From a virus (taxonomy: Duplodnaviria; Caudoviricetes), in the IMG/VR virus record IMGVR_UViG_3300027892_002924, positions 1 to 58,038 of that record: DNA of 58,038 nucleotides; one strand, written 5' to 3'. Below the pieces are notes generated by a model. It saw only the letters and a list, made by a program, of their open reading frames with translations. It was not told the origin of the DNA and did not search any database. Of this stretch, positions 54,396 to 58,038 are shown piece after piece (position 1 is the stretch's first letter; each line of letters begins with the position of its first letter). A program made the translations under genes and the position numbers.

Positions 54396-54830
54396 TCACT
54401 TATTTAAGTCAAATGAACAAATTTTAAAATATATGTTTTTGATGGCACCACTTGTCCAAAATATCGGAAGCATGAATTTAGCGGTTTCGCTCAGGTATGT
54501 GATCACTGGTACTTTGTCAAAGCTCTCATCAAGATAATACAAAGGATTGTCGAGATGCCGAAACACGCTTTCGTGTTCCACTGTGAATGCAAAACTCCAC
54601 ACACGATGATTGCCAGTATACATCTCGCCAAACTCGTAGTCTTCTAGATTATGGTCTGTGACCTGTTGTATCAGTCCCATTGGTTGGGCACGGAGACTAA
54701 TACACTGTATCACTGTCTCCCAGTTACGCTGTTGATTACGCTCAAGCTCTTGCGTTCCTCGATCTCGAGTCACACCTGTGTCGGTAATATCAACTAGAGT
54801 ATATCCTGCAATGTAATTACGTGAGTCCAT
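54396..54830 (-). CDS. conserved hypothetical protein
   Basis: TLVDIT.TG..RNQQRNWET..Q.ISLRAQP. Confidence 0.75.
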   Translation of the reverse strand: MDSRNYIAGYTLVDITDTGVTRDRGTQELERNQQRNWETVIQCISLRAQPMGLIQQVTDHNLEDYEFGEMYTGNHRVWSFAFTVEHESVFRHLDNPLYYLDESFDKVPVITYLSETAKFMLPIFWTSGAIKNIYFKICSFDLNK

Positions 54831-54849
54831 GCTATTACTTATCGCCAAC

Positions 54850-54875
54850 AAAAAAGGCACTATAAAAGTGCCTTC
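54850..54875 (-). terminator. Rho-independent terminator
   Basis: AAGGCACT-TTTAT-AGTGCCTT-TTTT. Confidence 0.75.
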
Positions 54876-54919
54876 TCTGTTCTACCATTAGGAAAAACCT
54901 AATTGTAAACGACGAACTA

Positions 54920-55336
54920 TTAAGCGCCAGCTGGACTTACAACAAAGCTGGTACCAACTGCAACTGTACATGCAGCACAGTTAAAACTATTAACTGTACC
55001 AACTGCGTCAAGAGCTGCTTCTAGAGCGGCTGCTGGAGGTGCATTTACACCATCACAGATGATGTTGATGATACCTGAGGTTGCATGTGCAAAGAAACAG
55101 ATGATTGATGGAAACACACGAAGAATTGCTTCTAGTGCCTCGCTGTTAGCATCATCTTGTGCTGCCAAACTTGCTTGTGCATTGACGCTGTATAATACAA
55201 CGCTGCCGCCAAATTGACCTTCTGCACCTAGTGACCAAGTACCTGGGGTACCGATGGTGCCGTTATTAATACCGTTGAATGAGCCGGTTGTACCAGCATA
55301 TGTGTAGTTTGCACTACGAGTAACTCCGATTGCCAT
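54920..55336 (-). CDS. putative virion structural protein, paralogue A
   Basis: MAIGVTR; Ala/Gly-rich; TAAATA and AGGAG SD. Confidence 0.7.
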   Translation of the reverse strand: MAIGVTRSANYTYAGTTGSFNGINNGTIGTPGTWSLGAEGQFGGSVVLYSVNAQASLAAQDDANSEALEAILRVFPSIICFFAHATSGIINIICDGVNAPPAAALEAALDAVGTVNSFNCAACTVAVGTSFVVSPAGA

Positions 55337-55393
55337 GTTATTTCTCCTAAGATTATAGCGCAATGCGCTTGTGAATATTTATGATTGATCAGC

Positions 55394-55419
55394 AAAAAAG
55401 GCAGTTGCCTGCCTTTTTT
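55394..55419. terminator. Rho-independent terminator
   Basis: AAAAAAGGCAG-TTGC-CTGCCTTTTTT. Confidence 0.85.
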
Positions 55420-55440
55420 GTTTTGTGCTACAGATGCTTA

Positions 55441-55845
55441 TTAAGCTACAGTGAATGTTGTACCAGCGGTTACCAATGTGCCTGTCAGGTCAATACTGTT
55501 TGTACCAACTGCTGCTCCCAATGCTACGATTGCTGCCTGTACCACAGCAGCTGACGGTGCATTAACACCATCTGTAATAACGTAGATATTGCTGGCTGCT
55601 GTGTTAGCCATGCTGTAGCTAATAACGCCACTAGGCATAGTTTGCAGAATCTTTTCTACTGCTAGGCCCAAACCTCCGTCTGGATTAGCTGCCATTTCAC
55701 CGCGTAGGTCAACTGCTGTTAGACCAGCCACACGTGGTTGAATGTGAAAGAATGCTAGACTGGCGCCTAGTTCTGCACCTGATTCTCCGTTAATTACACC
55801 TTCTAGGCCCACACCACCGTGGACTCTTGTTGCTCCGATTGCCAT
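55441..55845 (-). CDS. putative virion structural protein, paralogue B
   Basis: MAIGATR; shares DGVNAP.AA..AA..A.G motif with paralogue A. Confidence 0.7.
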   Translation of the reverse strand: MAIGATRVHGGVGLEGVINGESGAELGASLAFFHIQPRVAGLTAVDLRGEMAANPDGGLGLAVEKILQTMPSGVISYSMANTAASNIYVITDGVNAPSAAVVQAAIVALGAAVGTNSIDLTGTLVTAGTTFTVA

Positions 55846-55908
55846 GTTATTTCTCCTAAAAATATAGCGCAGTGCGCTTGTAAATATTTATGATTTGGTA
55901 CTATAAAG

Positions 55909-56466
55909 TCAGTGCATGAAGTGATTTTTAGCCAGTACCCAGATATCTAGTTGTGTACCCTGTTGGTTAAAAACCCTGGTTAATGTTGCCCAGGCAAGAC
56001 TTTTTTCGCCCGATGTTGCACCTGCCCAGTCACTGACTGTTCTACGAGCTTGATGTAGATCGCTGCCAGCAATCATTAGGTCTTCGTCTAGCTTGATCAA
56101 AAAGCTACGAATGCTACTGTGTGTGTTTGCAAAGAAAGTGCGCAGGTATGTTTTGATCTGCAGGGCAGGAGCATACAATCCAATCTTGGTTTTTAGCTGA
56201 TCTTCGTAGTCATTTTGGTTGCTTAGTACAGCAATCATGTTGGCTAGATCTGTTGTGCCCGAACGCATGTGATCAAAGTCGTTGAACGCCATGGTGCGAT
56301 TTACATAGGTCCAGGCCTGCGATTCATTTTCCACTCGCAGTATTTCTAGTACCAGGATGCTAGAGAACAGCAACTTTGCCAGGTCAAGAGAGCTACGTCC
56401 TTTGAGGTTGTCTGGATACTTAAACAACCTTGCTTCAACCAACTCATCTTTTATAAAATCAAACAT
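55909..56466 (-). CDS. hypothetical protein, probably head-associated
   Basis: Start MFDFIKDELVEARL. Confidence 0.7.
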   Translation of the reverse strand: MFDFIKDELVEARLFKYPDNLKGRSSLDLAKLLFSSILVLEILRVENESQAWTYVNRTMAFNDFDHMRSGTTDLANMIAVLSNQNDYEDQLKTKIGLYAPALQIKTYLRTFFANTHSSIRSFLIKLDEDLMIAGSDLHQARRTVSDWAGATSGEKSLAWATLTRVFNQQGTQLDIWVLAKNHFMH

Positions 56467-56467
56467 G

Positions 56468-57607
56468 TTATCCGTTCTTGGCAAAGTTTGCCTTGCTGAA
56501 TCCCAGGCGATCAATCAGCTTCATCTTTTCGTCGCCACCACCTACTACATAGCCTTCGTGTCCCGAATCATTGCCGGTGAATGCTTGTATATCGCCTGCA
56601 CCTACCTGTGTGTCAATCTGTTGCTTGATGTTGAGTTTCAAATTGTATATTGCTACCCAGATAGCAAATAATCCTTCTAGTCCCGGTGCACCTTCTTTGT
56701 ACAACCAGCCGTCTTGGTTACTGCCTAGCAATTTACCAGCTGCCGCTGGACTTAGCTTGCTTGGCAAATACTGGTAGAAGCCTGCCAGCATGTTATCAAA
56801 TGATCCACCAGTGATCTTGCTGGTGATATAGGTACTGATAGCCCCGAGCACTCCCTTGGCTTTCATTGCTGTCAGCTGACCAATAAAGTCAGTTACTGCA
56901 CCTTCATATTGTTTAATAGTTGAGTTTGCGGCATTGACTGCGCCTGTATCCATCTTGACCTTGGGTACAGGCATCTCACCTGTTACAAACCATATGGGAC
57001 CATCTGAAGGCAAGCCTCCAAGACCAGTAAGAGGTTGGTCACCTTCGCCAATGCCAGGAATAAATGTGTGTACTGCAATACCAGCCACACTAGAACCAAT
57101 GTGCTTGCCTGCGCCGCTGTTGGCTTTGACCTTGTAGGTCACTGTGTTGGGTTTGAATGTGTAAAATCCGTTGTCTGGTGATAGCTTGCCTGCATACAAC
57201 AGGTCGCCCATGTAAAAACCACGAAAGTTCTTGGGAATAATTTTTTCTAATGCACCCCAGATCACATTAACTTTGCCATATAGGTCAGCACGGTCAGCAC
57301 CACGATTGGCATCATACTGTTGGAACGCTTGTGGGCTGGTCACACGACCTTCGCCTGACTTTTTATCAAACATGTGCTTGTCCACGACCATGAGCTCACC
57401 ATCAACATTACGACCAAACACCAGTGCTGGAAATCCGTCCCACTTGATTGTGGTCAATTCTTTGCCTTTGGCCATTTGGCCTAGTGCTGCCACTGCACGT
57501 TGTGCGCCAGGAATGCCTTCGCCGAACACCAGGTCTTCTGGATGTACAATGTGTGCGCCTTCAACTATGCGTTTGCGACTTTCGGTAATAATATCTCTGA
57601 TCTTCAT
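56468..57607 (-). CDS. DUF6267-like protein with ligase-type KxDG motif
   Basis: HPEDL, TIKWDGFPALVFG, MGDLLY, FKPNTVTY, HEGYV, KLIDRLGFS; leader MKIRDIITE. Confidence 0.7.
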   Translation of the reverse strand: MKIRDIITESRKRIVEGAHIVHPEDLVFGEGIPGAQRAVAALGQMAKGKELTTIKWDGFPALVFGRNVDGELMVVDKHMFDKKSGEGRVTSPQAFQQYDANRGADRADLYGKVNVIWGALEKIIPKNFRGFYMGDLLYAGKLSPDNGFYTFKPNTVTYKVKANSGAGKHIGSSVAGIAVHTFIPGIGEGDQPLTGLGGLPSDGPIWFVTGEMPVPKVKMDTGAVNAANSTIKQYEGAVTDFIGQLTAMKAKGVLGAISTYITSKITGGSFDNMLAGFYQYLPSKLSPAAAGKLLGSNQDGWLYKEGAPGLEGLFAIWVAIYNLKLNIKQQIDTQVGAGDIQAFTGNDSGHEGYVVGGGDEKMKLIDRLGFSKANFAKNG

Positions 57608-58038
57608 GCAAATAACCCTTTAACCATATTTAACCCGGTAAGAATCTTTTCTCTATCATTTTCTGCACGAGCAACAGCATCAGGTGTTTGCGCTTTGTCA
57701 CGCTTTTTGCCTGCAACATCAATCATGGCTTTTTCTTCATAGCGTTGCCAGAATGCTTGTACAAAGTCACTGGCTGACGAATACCTGCTGAGTGCGCCTT
57801 TGCCAAACATATCATTGGCTTCGCAACTTTGTGCAAAGCCTTTCATGCCTGCTACCAGCTTGGCAATCTTGACGTCATTGATATCATTGCCAGAGAACTG
57901 TTTTAGTTCTGGAGAGATCTTGGGCTTGGTAATACCCTGCTGTTTAGCAAGATAAACAAATGTGTCTAGTATAAATGTAGCTGGGCTGGTTGTGACTGTT
58001 ACTACTTCTGTGTCTTTTTGTTTGCTGAACGGCACATG
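57604..58038 (-). CDS. hypothetical protein, 5' end outside window
   Basis: Open frame to window edge; ATGA overlap with next gene. Confidence 0.6.
   Translation of the reverse strand, partial: HVPFSKQKDTEVVTVTTSPATFILDTFVYLAKQQGITKPKISPELKQFSGNDINDVKIAKLVAGMKGFAQSCEANDMFGKGALSRYSSASDFVQAFWQRYEEKAMIDVAGKKRDKAQTPDAVARAENDREKILTGLNMVKGLFA

Noticed and set aside
1-58038. tRNA, rRNA or tmRNA genes
   Set aside because: No cloverleaf or T-loop context found by eye in the short intergenic gaps; tRNAscan or Infernal would be needed to exclude them fully
1-58038. Stop-codon reassignment
   Set aside because: Conserved genes (nrdA, nrdB, clpX, clpP, uvsE) are full length in the standard code, and TAA, TAG and TGA all end genes

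Overview
This 58-kb window is a gene-dense fragment of a large tailed-phage (jumbo/T4-superfamily-like myovirus) genome, mostly coded on the minus strand in the standard genetic code. A betaproteobacterial host is a weak inference. Layout: (1) 1-5.3 kb, a partial LpxH-like phosphoesterase and small early genes behind repeated near-consensus sigma70 promoter cassettes; (2) 5.3-16.1 kb, an operon of six large proteins that start with T4 capsid-targeting-like leaders (e.g. MKSTEFIRE). Several look like modular polyproteins, divided by repeated [ILV]xE-acidic-(L/M)F(G/A/S) or Q(G/D)(V/M)AE junctions, and carry GP88-like, SutA-like, nucleotidyltransferase, HAD nucleotidase and zincin modules; (3) 16-38 kb, host-like functions (ClpP, ClpX, ClpS, Hsp20, ribosomal protein bS21, UvsE, PBP7-like peptidase, phasin-like protein, methyltransferases, lipoproteins); (4) 38.7-40.1 kb, an inverted early cassette; (5) 40-58 kb, cell-wall hydrolase, PAAR, glutaredoxin, nrdB, nrdA, tail fibre, exonuclease, iscA, iscU and probable head/virion genes. 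No tRNA, rRNA or CRISPR array was seen. The best candidate for an undescribed system is the virion-targeted polyprotein array, in which one junction type is also conserved at synonymous DNA positions. All annotations are by eye from motifs; no database searches were run.
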